From positions 62,001-126,000 of the forward strand of contig JAWMAR010000647.1 of the NCBI GenBank assembly GCA_036785375.1: 64,000 nucleotides of DNA, read 5' to 3'. The DNA is from Leucoraja ocellata (lineage: Eukaryota). This document shows positions 33,730-48,964 of the stretch, piece after piece (within the stretch, counting starts at the first letter, position 1; the number at the start of each line of letters is the position of its first letter). Position numbers and translations under genes: made by a program. The notes under the pieces are model-generated. The model was not told the DNA's origin and did not search any database. It worked only from the letters and a program-made list of their open reading frames with translations.

Positions 33730-35137
33730 TTAGCAGTTTTATCTTAAATCCCTATTTTGCTAGTAATGAGAACGATTAGAAAAAAGGCAAAAGTCATGAG
33801 ATGTACACATGTATTTTTCTCGTTATGAATTTATTTAAGGAAAAGATACTCACAACCTATACAATGATTCAAAGCTGCAAAAGACTTCACATTTAAAGTA
33901 TCAGAGCAGTAACGGGGTTTTTAAATTGCATCACAATGGACTTGCCTTTCAATCGCCAGTTAACACTTCATTACATCACATCTTGCATTCCATAAACTGA
34001 ATCAGTTTAGCTGGCTTACAGTAAAGATCATTATTCCACAATTTTGATGTCAGCATGTAAAAATTATTTTAAGGGTTTTAAGATGCAACAAAGCAGGTCT
34101 TAATTCCTTGCAGATACAGATGTAGTGGCATCAGAACAATTAGGGTCCGTCCGGTATGTACTGGCCATTTGCCTTTATTTTGTGTGTCATGAATTACAGC
34201 ATTTGCCTTTAAATTTGGTCAGCTTGTAATTATGTGGGTGGGATTTATTACGTAGTCGGTGGCGCGTTTGCTGCTGGGTTCTCTTGTGCAGAAGCTGTTA
34301 GCTAGTTAGTTTTAGTTTGGAGCTCAACATGGTTGGAGGGATATCCTTCGACCATGTGGAGCTTTGCCGAGACACGAGGAGTTGTCTAACGTTTAAAAGC
34401 GATATGTTGGAGTTTGACAAAGATTAAAGTACGCGAGTCTAAGAAGGTTGGATGAATATCTTACTGTTTTTCTTCAACAATAAAGAAACTATTAATCAAA
34501 AGACTGTGTTTTGAAGATTTATCTTTTGAGAAGCTTTGAAAGTCTCGTGAAGAGCTCACATGTGTAACGATACGACATTCTCCTAATACCATGTTGTCTC
34601 CTAAGTGGCTAGGTAGATAACAAGAGATCTCTCGAACGATATAATAATCTGCCACTATAATAGATATATACACAACTGTTAGATAGCTTTATTTACATCG
34701 GGTTAAAAACATGCAAGTAAAAAGCATTTTCTTACTACAAGTTCAGAACTACAAATATAAGAACAATTATCCTTATTTCCTACTGGCCATGTGGGAACTT
34801 GATATTCCCTATTGATTTTCTTGACACTTTCCAGGCTCTGGAAATGTAGTGTTACAAATTAAAGCACTTAAGACAAAATAGATTATTTATTTCAACCTGT
34901 TCTAATTTCTTTGTATTCCACTGTTGCTTTTTATAGTTCAGTCTGGAATCTTATTTATGTAAACTTTCCTTTTAACTGGATAATGTCTTACCTAATTTGT
35001 GCAGACTCCTGCATGACAACTCATGAATTTTCGTTCAGCCTCACCCGAATGGTTTGCACTTCATGTGCGTCAGCGACTAAGAAAGTGTAATCATCTGGTC
35101 GTGGGTAACTGCCTTTCTAGCCCTTAAATTCTCAATT

Positions 35138-37015
<1,878 letters not shown>

Positions 37016-37041
37016 GATAAATTATTTTAATTAAAAATGTA

Positions 37042-37955
37042 AGACCAGCAATGGGACTCTGCCTTGGATTTGATCCATTCTTCCTCCATATGTGCCCGTC
37101 ATGGCCTAATCCAATGCAAAGTCCTTCACAAAGTCCACGACACAAATGCAAGATTATCTAGAATTTACCCTGCTGTTAGGGACACCTGCAACAGATGTAA
37201 TCAATCTCCTGCCAACCATAGCCATACGCTTTGGTCTTGCCCTAAGCTAGCAGCCTTTTGGAGGAGTGCTTTCGACTTGATAAGCAGAGCCTACGGCCAG
37301 ACTATTCCTCCAAACCCACTGTCAGCCATTTTCGGTACCCCTCCCAACACCAACCTCTCTGTTGCGGTGAAACGGGTTCTAGCTTTTACAACCTTGTTAG
37401 CCCGGAGACTGATCTTGCTTAACTGGAGGCTCACCTGTCCCCCGACACACGCCCGCTGGATTAAGGAGGTGCTTTACAATTTAAAGCTTGAAAAACTTAG
37501 GTTCTCTCTCAAAGGCTCTACCAAGACATTCCTAGATGCATGGAACCCTTTCTTGGAACTTGTTAACTCTCTCAACTTGTCCCCAGACTCAGAAGAGGAC
37601 TGAGTGCTCTCCACCATTGTTCTGCTCTACTGCAGCTGCTCTCCCCTTAACCCCCCCCCCCCACTTATTTATTTAATTACTTACTTATTTACTGTTATTA
37701 GTGACCACCCCCCCTTTTTTTTAAAAAGTACTTTTTGTTTCGTTTATCTTACCATATTTGTGTGGATGTGTATGTATGTGAGTGTTGTTTGTCCCCGTTT
37801 GGTTCAGACCCGATTCGGGTGGGTTGAAGGTGGGTAAGGGTAAGGGCTTTGAGGGTCGCCTACATACTGTTGCACAATTATGCCTTGACTGTCACTGTCT
37901 GTTATCATTGTATGTATGCAAATTGCTGTGAAATTCAAATAAAAAGATTTAAATC
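37042..37955 (+). mobile_element. L1-clade LINE 3' fragment nested in the hAT
   Basis: ORF2 C-terminal CNRC...HTLWSCPKL zinc motif, AATAAA at 37938, and TSD aaaaatgta (37033-37041 / 37956-37964). Confidence 0.88.
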
Positions 37956-38589
37956 AAAAATGTATTTAATGGATATTATATTAATTTTATTCTAGTAATT
38001 ATAGAAAACTTTTGTTTACATGCATACCTTAATCCAAAATAAAAATGTATGCAATTTTTATTAACTTTTACAATGAAATACAATTGTTTTTAACGAGAGG
38101 TACAAGATGCTTACGACGAGTATCAAAACTTGGGGAATCACTGCTTTAAGGAATCAGTATTCTGTTTGAGGTAAATCAATTTCCGTTTTGTATTTTCCAT
38201 TTGTCGAACACAAAACTAAATTTGCGAACAGTTCTGAAGACCAAATGTAGAATGTTAGTTAAGAATTCCAGGTTTTCCCCACTCAACATGATGGTCAAAT
38301 GTGAAATCTAAATAGGGTAACAGCAATTGACAGAAACCAAAATCATTATTTAAAAAAATATAAAGCATTGACAATATTGAACATAGAACAGTACAGCACA
38401 AGAACAGGCCCCTTAGCCCACAATGGCAATGCCAAACACAATGAAAAGACCAACTCTCATCTGCTTTAACATAATCCATATTCCTCCATTCCCTGCAATC
38501 CATCCAAAAGTTCCTTACGTGACACCATCATATCTGCCTCAACCGCCTCCCTTGGCAGCACGTTCTTGACACTAACTACCCACATTGGT

Positions 38590-39065
38590 CAATCTGAAGA
38601 GGACCTTCAGCAACAGATTGGTTCCACCAAGATGCAGGACAGAACTCCACAGGAGATCCTTCCCTGTGGCTATCATAGAAACATAGAAAAAATGTGCAGG
38701 AGTAGGCCATTCAGCCCTTTGAGCCAACACCACCATTCAATATGATCATGGCTGATCATCCAAAATCAGTACCCGTTCCTGTTTTTATGCCTCGATTCCA
38801 TTAACCCCAAGAGCTATATCTAACTCTCTCTTGAAAACAACCAGCGAATTGGCCTCCACTGCCTTCTGTGGCAGAGAATTCCACAGAAAACTATACAACT
38901 CCTCCCGCAGTTCTGTCGTGGGGTAGACCGAGACTGACTCTTCCCCTCCCCCATCCTTTCCACTCGTCACTTTAATTTCACGTTCCATGTATTTTGTGTT
39001 TTTATGACTGTTGGTAGATCAATTTTCCTCCTGGGATAAAGTTCTATTGTATCGTATCATATCAT
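38590..39065 (+). mobile_element. Rex1/Babar 3' end interrupted by a short CR1 3' end (38675-38887, minus strand)
   Basis: aggagatccttccctgtggctat resumes as aaactatacaactcc...gggataaagttctattgtatcgtatc on the far side of a CR1 tail. Confidence 0.65.
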
Positions 39066-39299
39066 AAACACTAACTACCCTCTATGTAAAAAAAAGTGCC
39101 CCTTTAAACTTCTCTGCTTAAAATTATGCCTTCTAGTATTTGATTTTTTCATAATTTTGTACACTTTCATCAAATCTCTCGGTAACATCTAGTGTCCAGA
39201 GAAAACAATCCAAGTCTGTCCAACCTGTAGCCAATACTCTCTAATTTGTACATAATTCTGGTAAAACATCAACGAGTGCAAGCATATACTCAGCAACCA

Positions 39300-39615
39300 T
39301 TTTGGTGGGCGGGGAGAAAAAAGGGAAAGGAGGAGGAGCCCGAAGGCTGAGGGCGAGATAGGAAGGGGTGGAGCCAGCAGGGCTAACAAAATTGGGGGAA
39401 TTCAATGTTCATGCCCCCAGGATGCAGACTCCCCAAGCAGAATATGAGGAGCTGTTCCTCCAATTTCCGGTGTTGCTCGCTCTGGCCATGGAGGAGACCC
39501 AGGACAGAGAGATCAGATACGGAATGGGAGGGGGAGTTGAAGTGCTGAGCCACCGGGAGGTCAGGTTGGTTATTGTGGACCGAACGGAGGTGTTCGGCTA
39601 AACGATCGCCAAGCC
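39300..39615 (-). mobile_element. Penelope-like GIY-YIG fragment abutting a CR1 fragment (39616-39745)
   Basis: [30 protein letters not shown]; adjacent LVGPHLEYCMLFWLP. Confidence 0.85.
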
Positions 39616-40310
39616 ATTGTCTTGTCATAATTCTGGTAAGTCTCCTAGGCACCCTTTCCAAAGTCTCCACATCCTTTCCGTAACGAGGCAACCAAAACAG
39701 CATGCAATACTCCAAATGTGGCCCAACTAAAGTCCTAGAAAGCTTCAGTTCGGGATACAGGACAAAGAGGTCAAGGCATAATAAAAGCAATTTTGGGCAA
39801 ATAGATGTTTGTGGATGATGAAAGGCCTATAGAGGAAAATATTAATCTAGCTGACGTAATAAAGCCTGTTAACTGCATTCTTCTAGTACAGGCAGCTAAT
39901 GCCCGAGAACGTGATGAGAAAGAAATCTCATTACATGTTCAGGAGCATTAATTGGATCTACCTTTATTACCTCAAGATTCATCCACATTAATGAGCAGAG
40001 ATCACGTAAATCTAACTACTAATGACGATCTATAAACTGCTATTAAGGATGCCCTAAATATACTATCCTTAACAGATCAATGACACATTTGTGAAAAAAG
40101 AGCCCTGTAATCAAAAGAAAATTAAAGATCTTTAATATTATATCATCCAACACAAGTTTTGTGAACTCACTCTAATATTTAACAGTAATTGCCCTAACAG
40201 CACTAAAAACAAAAACAATGACAAATCGATTTCCTGACAGATTGCACAGTAGTTTCACCCCCAAAGCATATTTGAATGAAGAATCAATAATGAGCATTTA
40301 AATATATCAC

Positions 40311-40367
40311 CTTTGTTTTGGATTCAAGTGCATCTGATTGACAGAGATATTATTCTTTAAACAGTTT
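40311..40367 (-). other. Candidate second non-coding brdt 5' UTR exon
   Basis: Boundaries cttttgtttag|...AAG|gtgata; splice signals only. Confidence 0.25.
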
Positions 40368-41232
40368 CTAAACAAAAGTTAAAACTGAAAACACACCAGT
40401 CCGAACCAAAAAATAAAAAAATCGAACCTTAACTATAAGCAAAATAAATCACAGTAGACCACAGGGAATAGTTCGGTTAGATAAATGCACAACTGGACCA
40501 CGCAATTCTTTTCAGGATTAGAAATTGCCTTTACAATTTTCTAGTCACTGGACAACTCTGTAAAGCAGAACTAAATTCAGCCAAAAATGGTACCATGAAC
40601 AAGTTTCTTGTGTCTGCAACCCTCGGTAACAAGTACGTGTATGTTTTGAACATGTGTGTGTGAGATAAAGAGAATAAACTTGACAAGCGATTATCACTTA
40701 GGATTTCCCTACAATTTCATAACCACACTCCAGGAGAGGCAAGTGACTGAGGTAAAGAGCAAGAAAAATAGTAATATCTTTGGTGCCCACCCGCAATTTA
40801 AATTAGTGATGACATTTTGCAGCATGGAAACAGGCCTTTCGGCCCACCACTTCTACGTCGTCCACCAATATTTATATCAATCCATTTGCTTGCATTAATT
40901 TAATATCCCTCTACTTTTTCTCTGGAGGTGCAACCTCATTTGTAAACCACAAAATAAACTTCTTACATTGCACAAGCACGTTTGTACCCTGTTCGCGATC
41001 GCCCTTCTTGCATCCCAGTACCACTGCATACAGTCAGATTGCGTTTGTGGGATGAGGAAAACAAACAATAGGTCTTGAGGTTTTTTTTTAAATGCAAGGC
41101 AGTTTCCCTTGCTGTGTCTCGGGGGATGAGAGGGAGGGTGACTCTCCCTTTCGATTATTTATTTGGCGGGTCCCGCTGAGTTACTCCAGCATTTTTGTGT
41201 CTATTTTCCGTTAAGTTAGTTGTTGAACTGAC

Positions 41233-41460
41233 CTTGGTTAAAATGGCGACCGAGCGACAATAGCGACCGTTAATGGCGCGCGGCAGGAATGGAACGGCGG
41301 GACGTGAGGGACGATCGGGCCCGTTTATATTGGCGCGATGGCGGAGTCCGTCCGGCAATCTGTTCACTGGCTTTTCCCGATCCACCCCGGCAGCGTGGTT
41401 TCAAAATTAACCAGGGAACCTATAGGATACGTCGTGGAAACGTGGACGAGGGAACAGGTT
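41233..41460 (-). promoter_or_regulatory. Putative brdt CpG-rich promoter and non-coding exon 1
   Basis: Local CpG cluster, donor AAG|gtcagt at 41232, YY1-like CGCCATTTT, MYB-like TAACGGTC (41265-41272), and an E2F-like TTGGCGCG overlapping a CCAAT box (~41329-41337). Confidence 0.65.
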
Positions 41461-41949
41461 CTTCGGTCCACCACATCTATGCTGTCCATCGTATCAATCT
41501 ATACCAATAATGTGAACGGCCAAGCATCGTTTTTAAAACTCCTTTAAAGGAGCGGCAATGTTTACAACCAAGTGGGTGGAGAGTTAATTTAGTTCGATTT
41601 TAATTAGGAAGAGGCGATTAAGCTTCTTACGTCTGTTTATTGATTGTGCTCCTGAATAAAAGGGTTCCTTTTGGATGGATTAAGGGCAGGTTGGAGGAGT
41701 AGAAAATCGAAATTCACCGTTGTAATCCAATCAAAAGAAAAGGGAAGTGTTAATTAACATGAAATAACTTAACAATGTCACCGAGTTAGAGACCGTTTAT
41801 GTGTTAAAGGGTTGCAAAGACAAGCATTTACGTATTTCACTCGGGTATCTTACTTCTTACGTTTGGCGTGCACAGCCTAAAGTTGTGGGACAATTTGTTC
41901 TATTTGATCTTATTTGATTGTGCACGCCAGGTCGATTGCATTTGCAATC

Positions 41950-42205
41950 TTCCACCCCGGGTAGCTTGCACCCCAGCGGTATGGAACATTAACGTCTAAC
42001 TTCAAGTAAGTAGCCCTTGCTTTCCCTCTCTCCATCCCTTCCCAATTCTCCCACCTGTCTTACATAGATAAAACTACATTTTATCTCTGTACTGCCCACT
42101 TCCCTGACATAAGTCTGAAGAAGGGACAACACGAAACGTCAACCATTCCTTCTCCAGAGAGGCTGCCTGTCCCACTAGGTTACTCCAGCATTTTGTGTCT
42201 ATCTA
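41950..42205 (+). mobile_element. Penelope-like terminal repeat with a degenerate hammerhead motif
   Basis: caccccagcggtatg...ctgaagaagggacaacacgaaacgtc...ttactccagcattttgtgtcta. Confidence 0.75.
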
Positions 42206-42254
42206 GCATTTACATACAGGTAGTTGCTTACATTCAAGATATCCCAAACCATGT

Positions 42255-42480
42255 AATAGTAAGTAAGTAATTTTTATTTATATAGCACTTTTAAATCAAA
42301 TCACGTTGAAGCCAAAGTGCTTTACAGAGAAAAAAAAAAGATTACCATACATAATACCATATAAAATAAAAAAAAGAAGAAAAAAAAGACACAATACACT
42401 ATAGGATTCAACACGAACGTCCCCCTAACAGCAGAATCAACACTTTCCACTGTGAGGGAAGGCACCAAAAAGTCCAGTCC
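42255..42480 (-). mobile_element. SINE-like element with an L2-type 3' tail (probably continues at 44743-44880)
   Basis: tgtaaagcactttgg...aagtgctatataaataaa and (ttac)n tail. Confidence 0.6.
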
Positions 42481-44742
42481 TCTTGGTTCTTGGTTACTTG
42501 GTCCTCCAAAATATTCCAACTGGAATTTAAACTGGAGGTGGTGAAGGGAGGGATTAAGCCAGAAAGGGTTATTGGGAAGAAAGTGCTACTTTAAATTTAG
42601 TTGCATCTGGTTGGGTAACTATAGTCTGGTGGAGATTATTCCATGCTTTAATTGTGCGGGGGAAGAACGAATTGCTGTACACATCTGTCTTTGTAGCTGG
42701 ATTGAATGCCCTCGTCTGCTCCTAATTGGTTTGGGGTTGGTGTAGGTCTTGTGATCTATGTCTAGCTGACCATTTAACATTTTGTAAAAACAGGTCAAAC
42801 GGTGAGCTTCACGTCTGTCTTGGAGAGGGTTCCACCCCAGAGAATTCAGAAGTTTGGTGACACTCGCTTCTCTCTCATAGGTGTTAGTAACAAATCGAGC
42901 GGCCTGTCTTTGGACACATTCGATGGATGAAATGTTTTTATCTGTGTATCGGTCCCAAGCTGCAACTGCGTAGTCCAAATGAGGTCGAACGAGGGTGAAA
43001 TACAGCTTCTCCTTGACAGAAGCTGAACAATGATGAAAATTGCGCCTCAGGAAGTTTAGGACGCCTGTTGCTTTCACTGTTGCATGATGAGTCTGACCAT
43101 TCCAACGCAGATCATTCTGCAATTTGATGCCAAGATACTTGGTTTGTTTGGATTCTTCAAGGGTGACACCAAGTATGTTGTAGGATGTGATGCCTGGATT
43201 CCTCTTTCTGGTAACACGCATGGTTTCGCATTTGGAAGGGTTGAACTGCATGCCCCATTGTTGTGACCACTCGACCATAGTATCGAGATCCTTTTGGAGA
43301 GCATCTTCATCATCATTTGACTTAATTGGACGGTACAGCAAACAATCATCAGCGAATAGTCTGGTCGTACTTGTCACTTTTTCATGGATGTCATTTATGT
43401 AAAGCAAAAATAGGTGCGGGCCAAGTACTGTGGCCTGGGGTGTACCACTCAACACTGGATGCCAATTGGAGCTCTTTCCGTTCACACACACACACGCTGA
43501 AGACGTTTTGTCTGGAAACTGGAAATCCCTCATTTCGTGTTGGAACAAATACCATAGAAGTCAAGCTTCGGAAGCAGTCTCTGGTGTGGGATGACATCAA
43601 ATGCTTTAGAAAAGTCCAGCACAACTAAATCCATGATGACGTTACTGTCAAGGTGCTTGGCCAGGTCATTTGTCGTCGGGATAAGCTGGGACTCGCATGA
43701 TCTATGCCTCCTAAATGCATGTTGGTTGTCGGCAAGAATATTATGTTTGCTCACGTGACGCATCAGATTACTATCAATGATATGCTCCAGCAATTAGCAG
43801 CAAGTACTTGTTAATGAAACAGGACGATAATTCGCTGGGTTGGTGGTTGAACCCTTCTTAAAGAGAGGAGTGATGTTGGCCTTCCTTCAATCCAGTGGCA
43901 CGTCGCCCGAGTCAAGCGATTGTTGAAAAATGAACTGCAAAACTGGAGCCAGTTCTTCGGCTGCGATCCTGAGGGCTTGATTCTGTATCTGATCTGGTCC
44001 AATTGCTTTTGTGGTATTAATGTTGAGCAATAACTTCTTGACACCTTCAACCTCAATTTTAATAGCAGGCATATCAGCATATGGGCTGGGCGGAAGGACT
44101 GGAAATGATGAAGGCTCCATATCTTCCCGGGTGAAAACGTGTTGAAATTGGTTTGCAAGAGCTTCTGCTTTCACCTGGTCCTCAGTGATCAGACAGTTGT
44201 TCACTTTAAGCATCTGGACACCAGTGTTGTCTGTCCATCTGGATTTCACATATCTCCAAAAAGCCTTGGGTTGCTCTCCCCCAAGAATGGAGGAAACGTG
44301 TTGTCTATGAGCACTCATAATTGCACGATCGACTTGCTTTCGCACACTAGTAAAATTGTCCCAGTCCAATTTTGTACCCCCTTTTTTGGCACGGATATAA
44401 AACTTCTCTTTCTTGCTGCAGAGACGTTTAAGTTTTGCCGAGAACCAAGGAGGACGCATACGGCCCTTGATTAGTTTTTGAGGAACATGATTTGTGACAA
44501 TATTATTTAAAGAGTTTTTCAGCCACACCCAGTTGTCTTCTGCGGATCTTTTATCTGGTTGCAGGTTGAAGAAATCTTTTGCCAGTTTTTTTGCTAGGCC
44601 TTTAAATTCCTCGCTGTTCACTTTTTTCCAGAGGGAAATTTTTCGCGGTGGTTTTGAAGGAACTTTAAGCTTTAAGTGCAGTTTTGCTTGGATAATATAA
44701 TGATCGCTAATTCCTGCACATGATGAAACTTCCGAGATTAAC
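42481..44742 (-). mobile_element. CR1-group LINE of a divergent (invertebrate-like) type; 5'-truncated, frameshifted ORF2
   Basis: Endonuclease end GISDH; KAIGPDQI, QHAFRRHRSCESQL, LDFSKAFD, SGTPQATVLGP, RLFADDCLLY, LVRPHLDYA, VQRQAARFV; (ccaaga)n tail. Confidence 0.88.
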
Positions 44743-45402
44743 CTCCTCCTCCTAGCCCACCCGAGGTTGGGGCCTATTTGATGCCTCAGCAGCCCGTCGC
44801 CACAACGGCGGCCCGATGTTATAGGCCCTCCTGCCGGGAAGATGGAACACCGGCGTCGGGTGAACAGTCCTCAGCGGCTTAGAATAGCTATTAAAATCTT
44901 TTTTCAGTATTGTAAGAAACATGGCAGCCAATTTAGGCACAACAATTTGCGGAATAAGCACATAGTCTTTGTGGAAGTTGGCATCATTGGCCAGAATAAT
45001 GAAGGTATTTTAATTGCTTTAATTCTCCCATCCAGTCCGATGGGATATTTTACAATTACATTGGAGGGTAGACATGGCCTTCACTTAACATCTCAAAAGA
45101 TGGCATTTCCAACTGAATGGTGCTTTTTCAGAACAGCACTGGAGAATCAGCCTGGAAATTAATGTAATACCTGAGAGCAAGGAGAATGAACCTGTTCTGA
45201 TGCTTAATGAAAACATGGCTAATCTGCAGTTTAAGATCCACATGTTCATATTTTCACCACATTGCTTAATACTAGAAACTGTCAGGGATCTAACTCAAGA
45301 TTTAAAATTACCAATTACTATTTAAGAAGGAGAGCAACAAAATCTTTACCATTCTCTGTTTATGAAGTGTTTCTAATCTCTCTCCATCTCATTCACCTTC
45401 AA

Positions 45403-45715
45403 GGGTGGCACAGTTGTGCATCTGGTAGAGCTGCTGCCTCACAGCGCCAGAGATCTGGGTTCGATCCTGACCTTGGGTGCCATCTGTGTGGAGTTTGCAT
45501 TTTCTTCCTGTGATTGTATGAGTTTCCTTCTGGTGCTCCAGTTTCCTCCCACATCCGAAAGATGTGCAGGTTTGTAGGTTAATGGGCCTTTGTTATATTG
45601 CCCCTAGTATGTAGAGAGTGGATGAAAAACTGCAATAGCATGGAATTAGTGTGAACGGGTGCTCAATAGTCAATATTCTACGTGCCGGAGGGCCTGTTCC
45701 ATGCTGTTTCAATCA
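45403..45715 (+). mobile_element. HE1-like tRNA-derived V-SINE
   Basis: A/B boxes (ggtagagctgctgcctcacagcgcc, gggttcgatcc), V domain tgtgtggagtttgca...tttcctcccaca, and a CR1-like tail agggcctgtt. Confidence 0.85.
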
Positions 45716-46429
45716 ATCAAGTTTCCAACAAGAGGTTTACATTTACTACCCTTCCCTTCCATTCTCTATAAACATTGCTAAAAATATTTAGTCCTTCTGA
45801 AGATTATCCTGCTCATATTAGTCATTCACCATTTTCATTAAATTTGCAGACCTTCAAGTTCAGTCACTGCTTTTGACACCGCAATAAGTGTTTACGTAGA
45901 TGTTAAAAAGGATCTCTAAATAGATCTCTGTGGCAGCAAGTCATCTAAGTAATTTCGGTGAAGTATTTACATGACAATTGTAAAATATTTCAAGTGGATT
46001 CTGCCATATTTGAGTTACCCGTTTTCCACAGGACAAGAGAGAGCAGTCAAGATAGAAATAGAAAGAGTATCCGTGAAAAAGGACTGATATCCTAAAGTCT
46101 TCTTCAGTTTTTTTGGATGAGCCTCATAGCAGAGCAATGTCTCCTGCATCTTTGCTTCATAAAGGAAGCTGTCACCAATCTGACATCATCTGCACCAAGC
46201 CTTGAGCAGAGATAGAAAGAATGTTATCTATGTACATCAGTCATTTCAAGATATAATAAAGTGCATCTGTGTTGTCTCAGACTGCAATCCACTGTTGCAT
46301 GGAGAAACTCAATAACGATCTGACCCAGAAGGATCAGAGTAAAGTGGGACAGGAGAATCACACACTTTGCCCACATTGCAATCTTACCCAAGATAACTGC
46401 ATCTATGTTTGCAAATTGTATGCTTATAC

Positions 46430-47130
46430 AACTACTGAAAAGTCTATTCTGAACTCTGTTAAGGAAGAGTTTCTAGGATGATGGAGCAAAAAGTTTAAGG
46501 ATGTACTTAAAACTTCCTTGAAAAAATGGAATATCTGCATTGACCCGGGAATCTTTGCCCATGATAATAGACAATAGGGGCTGGAGTAGGCCATTCGGCC
46601 CTTCAAGCCAGCACTGCCATTCACTGTGATCATGGCTGATCATCCACAATCAGCACCCCGTTCCTGCCTTCTCCCGATACCCCTTCACTCCTGTATCTTT
46701 AAGAGATCTATCTAATTCTCTCTTGAAAGCCTCCAAAGAATTGACCTCCACTGCCTTCTGAGGCAGATAATTCCACAGATTCACATCTCTCTGTGTGAAA
46801 AAGTGTTTCCTCATCTCTGTTCTAAATGGCTTACTCCTTATTTGTAAACAGTGGCCCCTGGTTCTGGACTCTCCCAACATCAGTTTGATCACCCAAACTG
46901 CAGAAGGAGCACTCGGGAGAACCTCAGGTCGAGGCACTGAGAACACTGAACCCTGCGTTAGTGGTAGGATTGCAGTGTCTCACAAACTACCATCTTCCCA
47001 CCATCCTGCACCCTTCCCAACCTCCTTGTCAAACATCTCATGGTTCACCTTTGGAAGGCTGCGAGATTTCCATGTTGGCCCCATTAGCCCCAGAGCCCAC
47101 AAAAATGGAGTGGAAGCAAGTAATCTTTTA
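46430..47130 (+). mobile_element. Degenerate RTE 3' fragment interrupted by a CR1 3' end (46565-46880, minus strand)
   Basis: KFKDVLKTSLKKWNI...LAHD before the CR1 insert; CR1 portion RTRGHCLQIR..FFTQR..LWN. Confidence 0.6.
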
Positions 47131-48014
47131 TCTTGAATGTTTACCTATGAAGGAAGAGAAAAAGGTATAGTATCTTGTTAAAGGAATTCAAGGATGCATC
47201 AATCATGTGGCATGAGATAAGAACTGAAAGACATCTTGGAAGGTTGTATTTGGATAAAAATAAAGAAGGGAATAAACAACAGTGACAAGTTCACCAGCAT
47301 GAACAAGAAGCTTTTTTTTTACCACAGAATAAGTTTTAAGCCTTTATTTTAGTATCCCTTTGGTCAATGTCGGAACAGTCTTTATTCGTCTCCATCTCCA
47401 GCTTTGGTCAAGGCTTGTAGAATATGATCTTCATTTGAAGTTTGATCAAGACACTAAGGATTTGTTATTTTATGTTGAGATACTGACACTTACATTGAAA
47501 AGTGCACACATGCCTTTAATTTTCAAATGGTTAGCCAGAAATTCCAATTGCTTTCTTGGGGTGGCTCTGCTAAGAAGACTAGCAGAGATAATCAATTGAA
47601 TTAGATAGATGAAAGATTCAGAGACTGGCAGTGCATCTGTTAACACCTTGGATACATATCCACAATCATCCCAAAATAAGATGCAACAATTAGAAATAGT
47701 AAATAATCTGGGTGTTGTTTTTGTTTGTACACATGATAAATATGTAACGGGACTAATGATAACTAAATATTTGCACATGTGATAAATATGGAATATGTTT
47801 AACATTGATCTCCTTGGGACACCAGCTCTCTTTTATTGTGATACATATAGACAAAAATACAGCATTACATATAATTTTTAGAAATGAAAAACACTGCATA
47901 TCTGTATCCCACATGTCTTCTTTTTCTGTACAGTAAAGTTCGAAATATTCTGAGAAACATCCCCACTATAAGGATACAGAATTAGCTTCATGGAAGGAAG
48001 TAGATATTCCTTCT

Positions 48015-48720
48015 GCTAGTGGTGGAAGGTTATTTCTCAGACTGGAGGCTTGTGACTAGTGGTGTGCCTCAGAGATTGTTGCTGGGCCATTGTTGTTTGC
48101 GATTTATATGAACAATTTGGATGAGAATGTACAAGGCATGACTAGTAAGTTTTCAGTTAACACTAAAGTAGGTGGTATCGTGGATAGTGAGGTGGTTATC
48201 AAAAATTACAGCAGGATCTTGATCAGCTGGGGAGATAGGCTAGGGAATAGCTCATGGAGTTTAATGCAGATAAGTGCGAGGTATTGCATTTTGGGAAGTC
48301 AAGCCAGGACAGGACCTACACAGTAAATGGTAGAGGCACGGGGAGTGTAGTTGTAGGGCAGAGGGATCTAGGAGTGCAGGTACATAGTTACCTGAAATTG
48401 TCGTTGTCAGTTGATGGGGTGGTAGAGAAGGCTTTTGGTATATTGACCTTCATCAGTCAGGGTATTGAGTATAGAAGTAGGGACGTTATGTTATACATGA
48501 CGATGGTGAAACCCCATTTGGAGTACTGTGTTCAGTTTTGGTCACCCTGCTATTGGAAGAGTGTCATTAAGCTGGAAAGTGTCCAAAGAAGATATAAGAA
48601 GATGTTGCAAAGAACTTGAAGGCCTGAGCTAGAGGGAAAGGTTGGGCAGGCTAGGACTTTATTTATTGGACCATAGGAGGCTGAAGGGGCGATCTTATAG
48701 AGGTGTATAAAATCATGAGG
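48015..48720 (+). mobile_element. Older CR1 RT fragment
   Basis: [41 protein letters not shown]. Confidence 0.88.
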
Positions 48721-48964
48721 GTCATGCAGTTTTCCATATTATTGCTTATCCACCAAACATTTGCAAATTATCTCTGGTAACAAAAATATTTGGAGGCAGA
48801 GACAATAAGAGAACTGAGTCCACAATCAGCAATTGTTTGAATCAAGTTTTGTGTCCTAGATTTCAAATCAAATTTAAAGATTATGCTAAATTGGGTTGCA
48901 AGGAGTTAAATTTAGATTTAGAGCAGGAAAATTGTAGACTCAGTCCATACATTAAAATGGCCTC

